DNA of 57,258 nucleotides. It comes from Candidatus Thalassarchaeum betae (lineage in GTDB: Archaea; Thermoplasmatota; Poseidoniia; Poseidoniales; Thalassarchaeaceae). Below are positions 17,046 through 25,193 of the stretch, one piece after another. Each line of letters opens with the position of its first letter. Position 1 is the stretch's first letter. The translations under genes and the position numbers were made by a program. The notes under the pieces are model-generated. The model saw only the letters and a program-made list of their open reading frames with translations, made no database searches and was not told the origin of the DNA. The stretch is from the NCBI RefSeq assembly GCF_022448665.1, contig NZ_JAKUUO010000003.1. The stretch is one strand, 5' to 3'.

Positions 17046-19670
17046 TCAGCCCGAAATTGATGTGGAGGAGACTATTCCCGCGTGATAGCCAGAACTTCGG
17101 AGTAGGAGTCTCTCAGCAATCTCCACATCGCCGTCCAATGCGGCGCTGGCCGAGAACTCGGGCCATTTTCCCACAGGCTGGGCCAGCCAGCCTGAAAGAG
17201 GATGAGTCCTGCCCGGAGACGGGGGCCTTCCCTCGTTTATGGCGTCGAGGGCTTCCATCAGATCGATAAGAGGGGCGGCGCTGTCGGGAAGGCCCTCACG
17301 CTCTCGTTTCCCACGGAGTCTGCGAATGAGCAGGGAGCGAATCTCGGAGTCGCATCCGGGGTGAGTGTAGGAACGCAGGCCCGGGGCCTGGCACTCCTCA
17401 CCGATGGGTCGCAGTACCGCCGCGCACCAAGGCAGGGGGTTCGAGATGAGCCAGTCCGTGGATTCTTCTTCCCTCAATAGATTGATCAGGAACTCGGATG
17501 ATATTGGAGCCCACCATCCAGTCGGCAGGACGTTTACCGTCCTCTCTAACTCCTCTAAGTCGAGTTCGTTCTCACCCAGCATCCTGCCCACGAGTCTAGC
17601 CCATGTGTTCAGGTCGTGGTCGACGGGCAGCTCCTGCCCCTTGCTTCGTATTCCCTCGATAACCGGGCGGAAACTGACATCGTCGCCCCGGCCTGATGAG
17701 TAGAGCCACGCGACTCCCTCAAGAGCCTGTATTGAGTCATGAGGGGGATTGGAGAGCCATGCCTCAAGTGACCAATTCAGGAGATCGGAGTGCATGTGCT
17801 CGGGCAGCCATGGGGCGTTTGAAAGGAGTTGAGCAGCGACCCACGCCGCCCCGCGAGACGCGTCCTTGGGGTCAGTGGCTGGCCTAGTTCTAAGTGCGGT
17901 CTCCTGATCTTCCCTGAGTTTCGCCGTCATCTTGATGGAAAACTCGGCGAGTACTGAATCTGGAGCCTCCTCAGCGATCTCGGAGAGCCTTTCCAGAGGC
18001 AGGTTGTCGAGATTCATCAGGACTAGCCATTGTGATTCCAGTCGGCCTCGAAGTCGCTGCCACCGAGGCCACCTAGTTTGTGGGGGTGAGGCTATCCAAG
18101 CGGCAATCGGGTATCTGGCCTCCATCTGATTGGCCCACTCCTCATCTCCTTTCGGATACTGTGAGACAGCCGAGTTGATTACCGACAGATAGCCTTCGTC
18201 CAACTCCTCGGGCTCATCCAGTTCGATTCCCAGCGACGCCCAGGGGGATGTCGCGTGTTCGTCCGGAGCGATGGACACGGGGGTCTGCATTGGGTCCATC
18301 AGACGAACAGGCATGACCCTGCCTCCTCTCGTCGAGAGGCGGAGCCACGGCAGGGGCCTCAATGGGTCGGCCTCCAACCTGTCGAAGGCTGCGAATGTAG
18401 GGGCGTCCCTCTCTAAGAGTGCCAGTCGCAGATTGGAGTGTGAGACGATTGAGGACAATAGGTCGTCGGGCAGATCCTCACTGACTTCGAGGACCATCGG
18501 TGGGCGCTCATCATCACTGAGAGCCCATCGCACAAGTGCCTCGACCGACGAATCGCCCAAGCCACGCAAGTCGAGTATTCCGATGGCGTCCTCGTCCTCG
18601 GTGAACTCCGATTCACCCCAGTCTCGTCGGAAGCGTCGCCAGGTCGAATCGTCGGTTCGCACCCTGCGCGCCGTGCTGACTCGGTCGCGCAGGGCCTGCA
18701 CCCGCTTGCGCCTCTCGGCATCGGACAGGCGCGGATGTGCTCGCTCGATCCAGAAGTCGAGTGCCGACAGCGGATAGGAGTCACCCTCGGCGTCGAGGCC
18801 GCCGAGGTCGGCGATGACCAGCGAGTTGGTCCTCGCGGTCCGCAGTAGCATCGAGCGAGGCAGCCTCTCCTCCATCACTGCGGCGATCGGGTTCTTGGGC
18901 CGAATGTTCGGAGAGAGCTCGTGGCAGGCACCCAGCACCCACTGACCTCTGTGGTAACTGCTCTCTGGCAATGGGGGCGCCGGTCTGGAAATCGGAGTTC
19001 CGAACCACTGTCCTGGAGCAATGGCGATGGGGCGCTCTGAGTCAAGCAAGCGAGCCCGGATGATTCCAAGTACTGTTCGCTCGCCGGAGTAGGCAGCAAT
19101 GCTCCCAGGGTCTGAAGGTGGAGGAGGGGCTGGCTTCAACTCCATTGATGAGAGGTCGAACCACCTCGGATTTCTCTCCCTGAGCACCGCCCAACTCCAA
19201 GGCACCCCATCGCTTCCTGTGGACGTTGAGTCATCGACGATAGGCGTAGGAGGACGGTCCGGGATTAGCAGCAAGGGGGAGTCTGTAGGCTCCATCACAC
19301 CCAGCAGGAGGTTGGGTCCGTCACGAGCCAGTAGGCAGCACATGCTAGTGTCATCAGGTAAAGGTGAGGCCTCAGTGGCCCTGATCCACTCGTCACCTCT
19401 CACAGACTCCCATCCAGATTCGGTCAGGTGGATTCTCGCACCACGGCTTCCAGCGGGTAGATCGCTGGCGACCAGTCCATCGTTTCTCATCCGTCTGAGC
19501 TCGGCCGAGGCGTGTGGTACCCTTAGTCCGACGTCGCGTGCGAGGGCACTGACGGTGGTGCCCCCCTCTGTAAGGCGGTTCAGTAGCCGCCTGCGGTGCA
19601 TGCTCCGGATTTTTCTCGGTGCGGTTTCGGAACCGTGCTTCCGGGGCTCAGGGGAATCATTTGGCACCAC
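17046..19670 (-). CDS. large orphan protein with N-terminal winged-helix (ArsR/TrmB-like) DNA-binding domain
   Basis: 874 aa. N-terminus RRRLLNRLTEGGTTVSALARDVGLRVPHASAELRRMRNDGLV looks like a wHTH. The remainder is Trp/Leu/Arg-rich with no catalytic motif recognised. Confidence 0.6.
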   Translation of the reverse strand: MVPNDSPEPRKHGSETAPRKIRSMHRRRLLNRLTEGGTTVSALARDVGLRVPHASAELRRMRNDGLVASDLPAGSRGARIHLTESGWESVRGDEWIRATEASPLPDDTSMCCLLARDGPNLLLGVMEPTDSPLLLIPDRPPTPIVDDSTSTGSDGVPWSWAVLRERNPRWFDLSSMELKPAPPPPSDPGSIAAYSGERTVLGIIRARLLDSERPIAIAPGQWFGTPISRPAPPLPESSYHRGQWVLGACHELSPNIRPKNPIAAVMEERLPRSMLLRTARTNSLVIADLGGLDAEGDSYPLSALDFWIERAHPRLSDAERRKRVQALRDRVSTARRVRTDDSTWRRFRRDWGESEFTEDEDAIGILDLRGLGDSSVEALVRWALSDDERPPMVLEVSEDLPDDLLSSIVSHSNLRLALLERDAPTFAAFDRLEADPLRPLPWLRLSTRGGRVMPVRLMDPMQTPVSIAPDEHATSPWASLGIELDEPEELDEGYLSVINSAVSQYPKGDEEWANQMEARYPIAAWIASPPQTRWPRWQRLRGRLESQWLVLMNLDNLPLERLSEIAEEAPDSVLAEFSIKMTAKLREDQETALRTRPATDPKDASRGAAWVAAQLLSNAPWLPEHMHSDLLNWSLEAWLSNPPHDSIQALEGVAWLYSSGRGDDVSFRPVIEGIRSKGQELPVDHDLNTWARLVGRMLGENELDLEELERTVNVLPTGWWAPISSEFLINLLREEESTDWLISNPLPWCAAVLRPIGEECQAPGLRSYTHPGCDSEIRSLLIRRLRGKREREGLPDSAAPLIDLMEALDAINEGRPPSPGRTHPLSGWLAQPVGKWPEFSASAALDGDVEIAERLLLRSSGYHAGIVSSTSISG

Positions 19671-19925
19671 TGACCACCTCTGAATACAACTACCTAATGT
19701 CGATGTAATAAATTATTCTATTTAGTTACATTTAATTACATATTTCCTATGGAGAATGCATCAGTTTCATTTCTACACCGCCGGGAGAACTGAAAACAAG
19801 TCATATTCTCGCAACTATGTGTAACGAAGAAGAGGTATTTCGTGCAGAACCGTTATATTAGTGCCCGCCATCCTACGCTCATCGGACCGGCCGCCGAGTT
19901 CGATATTGTGTTGGAGCGGGGAGAT
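19671..19925. promoter_or_regulatory. AT-rich divergent promoter/operator region
   Basis: 13/60 GC in 19681..19740. TTACAT-type motifs in both orientations: ATGTAAT 19703, GTTACAT 19725, ATTACAT 19735, ATGTGTAAC 19817. TTATATTA box at 19852..19859. Confidence 0.5.
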
Positions 19926-20192
19926 ATGGACACGGAGAAAGTCCGAGAAATTGTCCGAAATTACATCTCAGAGCGACCACGCAACACAGCTGAGATTGCG
20001 GCTTGGCTGAACCGCCACGATGACGGAACCGGAGGTTCTGACGTCGCGGCCATCCTGGAGTCCGACGGTTCGTTCGTTAGGATCGGCACGGTTCGCACAA
20101 GCGGCATGACCGGCAACTCGCCCCCACTCTCGGAATGGGCTACCGAGAAGTGGGTCCAGCACCATGAGCGTGCGAAGCCCGACAAGAAGTGA
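19926..20192 (+). CDS. small winged-helix-like DNA-binding protein (paralog 1)
   Basis: ORF 19842..20192 begins with GTG. ATG 19926 preceded by GGAGCGGGGGAG is preferred (88 aa). KVREIVRNYISERPRNTAEIAAWLN aligns with the next ORF. Confidence 0.55.
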   Translation: MDTEKVREIVRNYISERPRNTAEIAAWLNRHDDGTGGSDVAAILESDGSFVRIGTVRTSGMTGNSPPLSEWATEKWVQHHERAKPDKK

Positions 20193-20206
20193 AGGAGAGG
20201 TTTACG

Positions 20207-20458
20207 ATGAGGACAACAAGACTACGACAGAAGATTAAGAAATTCCTGGATGTCAGGGGCGAGGCGAACACCACAGAGATACTCGAACACGTTAACTCGA
20301 CAATGCGTCACGGGACCACTCCCCAGCAGTTAGGGAATGTCCTCTCCAAGGACAAGGACATCATGAAGGTCGCAACCACCAAGCGCGGCGGCGCTCTCTC
20401 CGGCCGCTATGAGATATGCGTCTGGCAACTGAGGCCCGGTGCCTTGGACGAGAACTGA
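20207..20458 (+). CDS. small winged-helix-like DNA-binding protein (paralog 2)
   Basis: ATG 20207 preceded by AAGGAGAGG (83 aa). RLRQKIKKFLDVRGEANTTEILEHVN aligns with paralog 1. Visibly AT-richer codons (ATA, AGA/AGG, TTA). Confidence 0.6.
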   Translation: MRTTRLRQKIKKFLDVRGEANTTEILEHVNSTMRHGTTPQQLGNVLSKDKDIMKVATTKRGGALSGRYEICVWQLRPGALDEN

Positions 20459-21478
20459 TCAGTCCTCGAGTTCCAATCTCCAGTCCCCGCTTCGAGCGAG
20501 GCTGTTCATCCTAGCCCTGTGCGCAAACATGTCCTGACTGGCCGACGAAGAGTCGTCACTCCGTTCGGCCCAGGTCTTCAGGGCGTGAGACTGGAGTGCC
20601 CTACCGTAGGAGTACGAGAGTTGCCACGGATGCTCGGCTTCTATCTGATTCATCAGGTTGAGATGAGCCGTGGCGTCCTCGTCCGACTGCCCTCCTGAGA
20701 GGAAGACCACCCCCGGCAGGTCGCGAGGGACGTGTTTGCTCAGGCAGTCGACTGTCATCATAGCCACCTCCTCACGGGAGATTTGGATTGGACAGTCATT
20801 GCCTGCTATGATCATGTTCGGCTTGAGCAGGGCACCGGGGATGTGCACTCCCTGTTCTTTGCAGGCTGCGAAGGTCGCATCGAGAATCTCGGCGGTCACG
20901 TCGTAGCAGCGCTGGGCGTCGTGTGAGCCCTCCATCAGCACCTCGGGCTCGATGATGGGGACGAGCCCCTGCTCCTGACAAATCGCGGCGTAGCGTGCGA
21001 GCGCGTGTGCATTGGTCGAGACGCAGGCAGCGCTCGGCATCCCATCTCCTATCTTGATTACAGCGCGCCACTTGGTGAAGCGCGCACCCATCTGAAAGTA
21101 CTCGGAGCAGCGCTCACGCAAGCCGTCAAGGCCCTCTGTGATCTTCTCATCGGGGTGATGGGCGAGGTTCTTAGCCCCCGTATCGACCTTGATTCCGGGG
21201 TGGACCCCCCTGGCCATCAAGGCGTCTGGGATGGGGGTCCCGTCGTCCATGCTCTGTCGCATTGTCTCGTCGAACAGTATCACACCGCCAACTGCCGACT
21301 CGTAGCCGGCGGTGGCGAACAGGTTCGCCCTGTACGACCTTCTAGTCTCAGAAGAAGGCTCGACTCCGACAGCAGCGAGTCTGTTAGACATCGTGCCGTT
21401 GCTCTCGTCCGCTGCTAGGATGCCCTTGCCGGGAGCCACCAGTTCACTGGCGGTCATCTCAAGCAGTTCTCTATCCAT
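20459..21478 (-). CDS. fba: fructose-bisphosphate aldolase, class I (classical eukaryote/bacterial type)
   Basis: GKGILAADESNGTMSNRL near the N-terminus and LLKPNMI Schiff-base lysine region. 339 aa. Confidence 0.9.
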   Translation of the reverse strand: MDRELLEMTASELVAPGKGILAADESNGTMSNRLAAVGVEPSSETRRSYRANLFATAGYESAVGGVILFDETMRQSMDDGTPIPDALMARGVHPGIKVDTGAKNLAHHPDEKITEGLDGLRERCSEYFQMGARFTKWRAVIKIGDGMPSAACVSTNAHALARYAAICQEQGLVPIIEPEVLMEGSHDAQRCYDVTAEILDATFAACKEQGVHIPGALLKPNMIIAGNDCPIQISREEVAMMTVDCLSKHVPRDLPGVVFLSGGQSDEDATAHLNLMNQIEAEHPWQLSYSYGRALQSHALKTWAERSDDSSSASQDMFAHRARMNSLARSGDWRLELED

Positions 21479-21519
21479 TGTGGTGTCTCGTTACCACGTG
21501 TGGGCTGATGGAGAAGAAG

Positions 21520-22491
21520 TCATCGCACTGAGGACACGTAGTAGTGCTCGCCGGAATTCACATCGATGATTTCTGAATGCACAGAAGCTCGGCCATCCTC
21601 AAGAATCTCAACTCCCTTGGTCCGTCCGGTGCACACGCCCGAGCCGATGAACATCGAATCATCCGACGAGCAGAGCTCGTCGCGCGCCCATATCCTGTCG
21701 ATGTCTCCGTCGATCATTTGCTCAGCGCGCTCCCTGTGACCCTCGTTCTTGAACACGAGTCTTCCCTCGAAGGGTGCGCCCAATCCCTTCAGTGCAGTAG
21801 CCGTGATGACTCCCTCGGGAGCGGCTCCGATTCCCATCAGCATGTCGATGTCGGAGTTGGGGTCGGCGGCGTTGAGGGCCGCAGCGATGTCGCCGTCGCC
21901 GATGAGCACGATGTCGACATCGTGCTGGTTCAAATCGCGGATCAACTGCTCATGTCTCGGTCTTTCCATAACCACAACACGAAGCTGGGAAGGAGGCTTG
22001 CCGAGAGCTGCGCAGGCGGCTTCGATGTTGTAGGGGACGTCGGCCTCAAGGCTGACTTCGCCGGCGAGGGCGGCAGGTCCGGCAATCTTGTCCATGTAGC
22101 AGTCTGGGGCGTGCAGCAGACAGCCACGTGGGGCGGCTGCCAGCACAGCCATCGCGTTGGGCAGGCCGAGGGCGACGTGGTTGGTGCACTCGAGAGGGTC
22201 CACCGCTATGTCGATCCTCGGCGCGCCAGCCACTCCCTGCATCGAGCCCAGAGGCTCGCCTATCCACAGCATCGGAGCATCGTCGCGCTCGCCCTCGCCA
22301 ATGGCGACTCGCCCGTCGAAGGGAACGGTGTCGAAAACGGCGCGCATGGCTTCGACTGCCGCGCCGTCAGCGGCCTTGCGTTCACCCAGGCCCCTCCAAG
22401 CAGAGGCAGCCACCGCGGCTGCCTCGGTAGCCTGCAGAAAGTGCTCGGCGAGGTCGATGGTCGCCATGATGAGCCGAGCGAGCCTCAGCAT
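21520..22491 (-). CDS. glpX: class II fructose-1,6-bisphosphatase (GlpX)
   Basis: TEAAAVAASAWRGLGERKAADGAAVEAMR and IAIGEGERDDAPMLWIGE match the GlpX N-terminal pattern. The true start may be Met9 (22467). Confidence 0.85.
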   Translation of the reverse strand: MLRLARLIMATIDLAEHFLQATEAAAVAASAWRGLGERKAADGAAVEAMRAVFDTVPFDGRVAIGEGERDDAPMLWIGEPLGSMQGVAGAPRIDIAVDPLECTNHVALGLPNAMAVLAAAPRGCLLHAPDCYMDKIAGPAALAGEVSLEADVPYNIEAACAALGKPPSQLRVVVMERPRHEQLIRDLNQHDVDIVLIGDGDIAAALNAADPNSDIDMLMGIGAAPEGVITATALKGLGAPFEGRLVFKNEGHRERAEQMIDGDIDRIWARDELCSSDDSMFIGSGVCTGRTKGVEILEDGRASVHSEIIDVNSGEHYYVSSVR

Positions 22492-22950
22492 TCAATGATG
22501 CGGGTCGGCCTTGCTCTTGCGCAGGACCCGCACGTCCTCGATCCTCGAGGTCGGATACTGTCCTTCGATGTCCTTCTCGATTGGCTTGAGCATGTCCCAC
22601 GCGCACAGCAGACCTGCACTGACGCCACACAGCGCCTCCATCTCGACGCCGGTGGTCCAATGGGTTCGCACCGAAACGGTGCAGCGCAGTCCGTTCTCCT
22701 CGACCTTCCAATCCACCGTGCAGCCCTCAATTGGTATTGGGTGGCAGTGAGGCAGAGTGCGCGGAGTCTCCTTGACGGCTTGAATGGCTGCTACTGTCGA
22801 AGCCTCACGGACATCTCCCTTGGGCGAGCGACCATTGGCGGCTACATCGATACCCTCGTCGGAAAGCAGCAGGAGCCCGGTGGCCACAGCCTCACGCGCG
22901 ACGACTGGTTTCGAGCCGACGTCGACGATTCCGGTCCAAGACTCCTCCAT
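22492..22950 (-). CDS. moaC: cyclic pyranopterin monophosphate synthase accessory protein MoaC
   Basis: 152 aa. VDVGSKPVVAREAVATG...TGVEMEALCGVSAGLLCAWDMLK is the MoaC pattern. Confidence 0.85.
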   Translation of the reverse strand: MEESWTGIVDVGSKPVVAREAVATGLLLLSDEGIDVAANGRSPKGDVREASTVAAIQAVKETPRTLPHCHPIPIEGCTVDWKVEENGLRCTVSVRTHWTTGVEMEALCGVSAGLLCAWDMLKPIEKDIEGQYPTSRIEDVRVLRKSKADPHH

Positions 22951-23057
22951 ACCAGCACCTCACCCTCGTTGGGAGTATTACGCCGAGGGCATCATCCCTA
23001 TTCAGACCGGCGGCGGGTCTGCATCTAACTGAAATACGGAGGGCAGGATGGGATGGC

Positions 23058-23318
23058 ATGGCCGAGGCTTTCCGAAAGAAGGCGACTCCGGGCAAGGTGC
23101 CTGAACTCGTATCGGGCTTGGCACACGACAGGCCTATCACAGAGGGGGTCAAACTGCAGGTCATCGACGAGCTCTGCGTCGGCTGCTCTTACTGCCTGAT
23201 GGCGTGCAAGGACGATGCGCTAATCGTCGAGGGACTGTGCGAGGTCATCGATGAGAACTGCACCGACTGCCTGAGGTGTCTGCTCTGGTGCCCTACCGGG
23301 GCCCTCGTCTACTCCTGA
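23058..23318 (+). CDS. 2x[4Fe-4S] ferredoxin-domain protein
   Basis: CVGCSYCLMAC and CTDCLRCLLWCP cysteine clusters. Confidence 0.8.
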   Translation: MAEAFRKKATPGKVPELVSGLAHDRPITEGVKLQVIDELCVGCSYCLMACKDDALIVEGLCEVIDENCTDCLRCLLWCPTGALVYS

Positions 23319-23327
23319 GGTGCCCCG

Positions 23328-24674
23328 ATGAGCGAGAAGCCCAAGGCGGTGGTCATCGGCGCTGGGGTCGGTGGGCTGGCTTCCGCAGCCAGCCTCGCGC
23401 AGACCCAGAAGTACGACGTCACGGTGTACGAGAGGATGTCCTTCGCCGGAGGCCGGTTCACTCAGCATGACCACGACGGCTTCCAGATTCCCACCGGTGC
23501 GGTGCACATGATACCGCATGGTCGCAAGGGCCCATTCGCCAAACTGATACTGGGCAAGCGCAGCAATGGTGGGCTCGGACTGAGGCGGCATGGGGTGGAG
23601 TTCCTGCCGACAACGAGGTTTGCTTGTCAGATGAAGGACGGCGAACTGAGGCGAGCCAACTCGGTATATGGGATCCTTCCGTGGTTCTCCGCCAGAGATA
23701 CCCTGAATCTCCCCCGACTCCTGCTAAAGCGCGCAAATCGACCTTGGGGGAACGAAACTGAGGATGGCAGGACATGGATGTCAAAGAGGTTCTCCGATGA
23801 GTTCGTAGACTTCTGTGATGCATTCGCAAACTTCGCTATCAGTCTGAGATTCGACCAGATGCCGGCCTCGACAGTCGTGAAGATGCTGCAGAACTCGTTC
23901 TGGAGCGACCGTCCACACATCCCAAAGGGAGGATGCAAGGGGGTGATAGATGGTTTGCGAGCCGACCTGAAGGAGAACGGCGCCCGGCTGAAGTTATCTA
24001 ATGAGATTACCGAGATTCTGCCCGGCGAGGCCGAAGAATCGACCAAGGGCAACCGCTTCTGCATCGGCGTGAGGCGCCGTGGTCGAGAGGAGGGGGTCTG
24101 GGTAGGTGCCGATTCGATCATTCACAATGGCGGTCACCCGAATCTGCTCAAAGCGCTCTCGGACGACTTCGAGGTCGCCACCGGAATCAGGGAACAGGTT
24201 CGCGACACGCAAGCAGTTGGTGGCATAGGATTCGTGTTCGCCCTCGACGACGACATACCGCACAGAGGCAGCGGTGTGACCATGCTGCCGAATCTCAACA
24301 GGGTCGGGGGTTATGTGATTCCGACCTTCTCAGAGCCGAGCCTGGCCCCTGAGGGCAAGCACATGATGATCACGCACCAGTACGTCCCTGACCCCAGTGT
24401 CAAATCCGAGATTGACAAGGGTCGCGAGGACCTCTACGAGTCCATCCCCTGGTTGGCTGACCACGGCGAGGAGCTGTGTGTGCACACCTATCACCGAAAC
24501 TGGCCTTGCAACCGTGCCCCGCAGGGCGCTGAACTGCCCTCGGATGTCGGCGTGGAGGGTGTTCGTCTGGTCGGCGACGGCATCAAGGGTCACGGCTGGA
24601 TGATGGTCGAGGGCATCGCTTCGAACGTGCCTGAGGCCGTGTCCAGTGTCAGCAGTTCCATGGACACGAGATAA
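23328..24674 (+). CDS. FAD-dependent oxidoreductase (phytoene desaturase/CrtI-like family)
   Basis: N-terminal dinucleotide fold KAVVIGAGVGGLASAASLA...YERMSFAGGR. 448 aa. Confidence 0.7.
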   Translation: MSEKPKAVVIGAGVGGLASAASLAQTQKYDVTVYERMSFAGGRFTQHDHDGFQIPTGAVHMIPHGRKGPFAKLILGKRSNGGLGLRRHGVEFLPTTRFACQMKDGELRRANSVYGILPWFSARDTLNLPRLLLKRANRPWGNETEDGRTWMSKRFSDEFVDFCDAFANFAISLRFDQMPASTVVKMLQNSFWSDRPHIPKGGCKGVIDGLRADLKENGARLKLSNEITEILPGEAEESTKGNRFCIGVRRRGREEGVWVGADSIIHNGGHPNLLKALSDDFEVATGIREQVRDTQAVGGIGFVFALDDDIPHRGSGVTMLPNLNRVGGYVIPTFSEPSLAPEGKHMMITHQYVPDPSVKSEIDKGREDLYESIPWLADHGEELCVHTYHRNWPCNRAPQGAELPSDVGVEGVRLVGDGIKGHGWMMVEGIASNVPEAVSSVSSSMDTR

Positions 24675-25097
24675 TCAGCCGAGTCCTGTCTTCCAGACTT
24701 CGCCGTCGGCTCTGATTTCCTTCTTCCAAAGCGGTGCTTGGCGTTTCAGTTCGTCAATGAGCCAGCTGCAGGCCTCGAAACCCTCAGCCCGGTGGGCTGA
24801 TCCAATATGGATGCACACGATTGGCTCACCCGGCCCTACCGAGCCGGTGCGGTGAGCCAGCACCACAGAGACCACGTCGAACTGGCCGACGGTCTGCTCG
24901 GCGAGCTCGGCGAGAACCGTGGGCAGGCGTTCCTCCCAAGCATCGAACTCGAGTCTCTCAACAGCCACTCCGTCGTCCTGTGCACGGGTCAGCCCGACGA
25001 AGGAGACCACGCTGCCACAGCCATCCGAGTCGAGCAGTTCTCGCAGCCCTTCAGGATCGAGTCGCTCTGGCTCGATGAGCACGTGTATGCGGTGCAT
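24675..25097 (-). CDS. moaE: molybdopterin synthase catalytic subunit MoaE
   Basis: From Met15 of ORF 24675..25139: GSVVSFVGLTR...VLAHRTGSVGPGEPIVCI...APLWKKE is the MoaE pattern. Confidence 0.75.
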   Translation of the reverse strand: MHRIHVLIEPERLDPEGLRELLDSDGCGSVVSFVGLTRAQDDGVAVERLEFDAWEERLPTVLAELAEQTVGQFDVVSVVLAHRTGSVGPGEPIVCIHIGSAHRAEGFEACSWLIDELKRQAPLWKKEIRADGEVWKTGLG

Positions 25098-25193
25098 AGC
25101 GCGCCATCGGGGTCCTGCGCTTGAACGCGACGGACGCAACCCAACCGTTCAAGCAGGGGGTCTGAGGTGCCGGAACCGGAATGAGGACTGGAC

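Noticed and set aside
13594-19781. Shared motif TTTCCACACCGC (13594 region) / TTTCTACACCGC (19770 region) linking the two AT-rich regions as ORB-like boxes
   Set aside because: An 11/12 match between two regions of about 250-400 bp on either strand is expected roughly 0.4 times by chance by my estimate. It is therefore not evidence for a common initiator site.
21577-23028. 483-aa ORF on the plus strand
   Set aside because: It is entirely antisense to the well-supported glpX and moaC genes. Its composition is Arg/Gly/Ser/His-rich with no motifs. This is a typical shadow ORF of GC-rich DNA.
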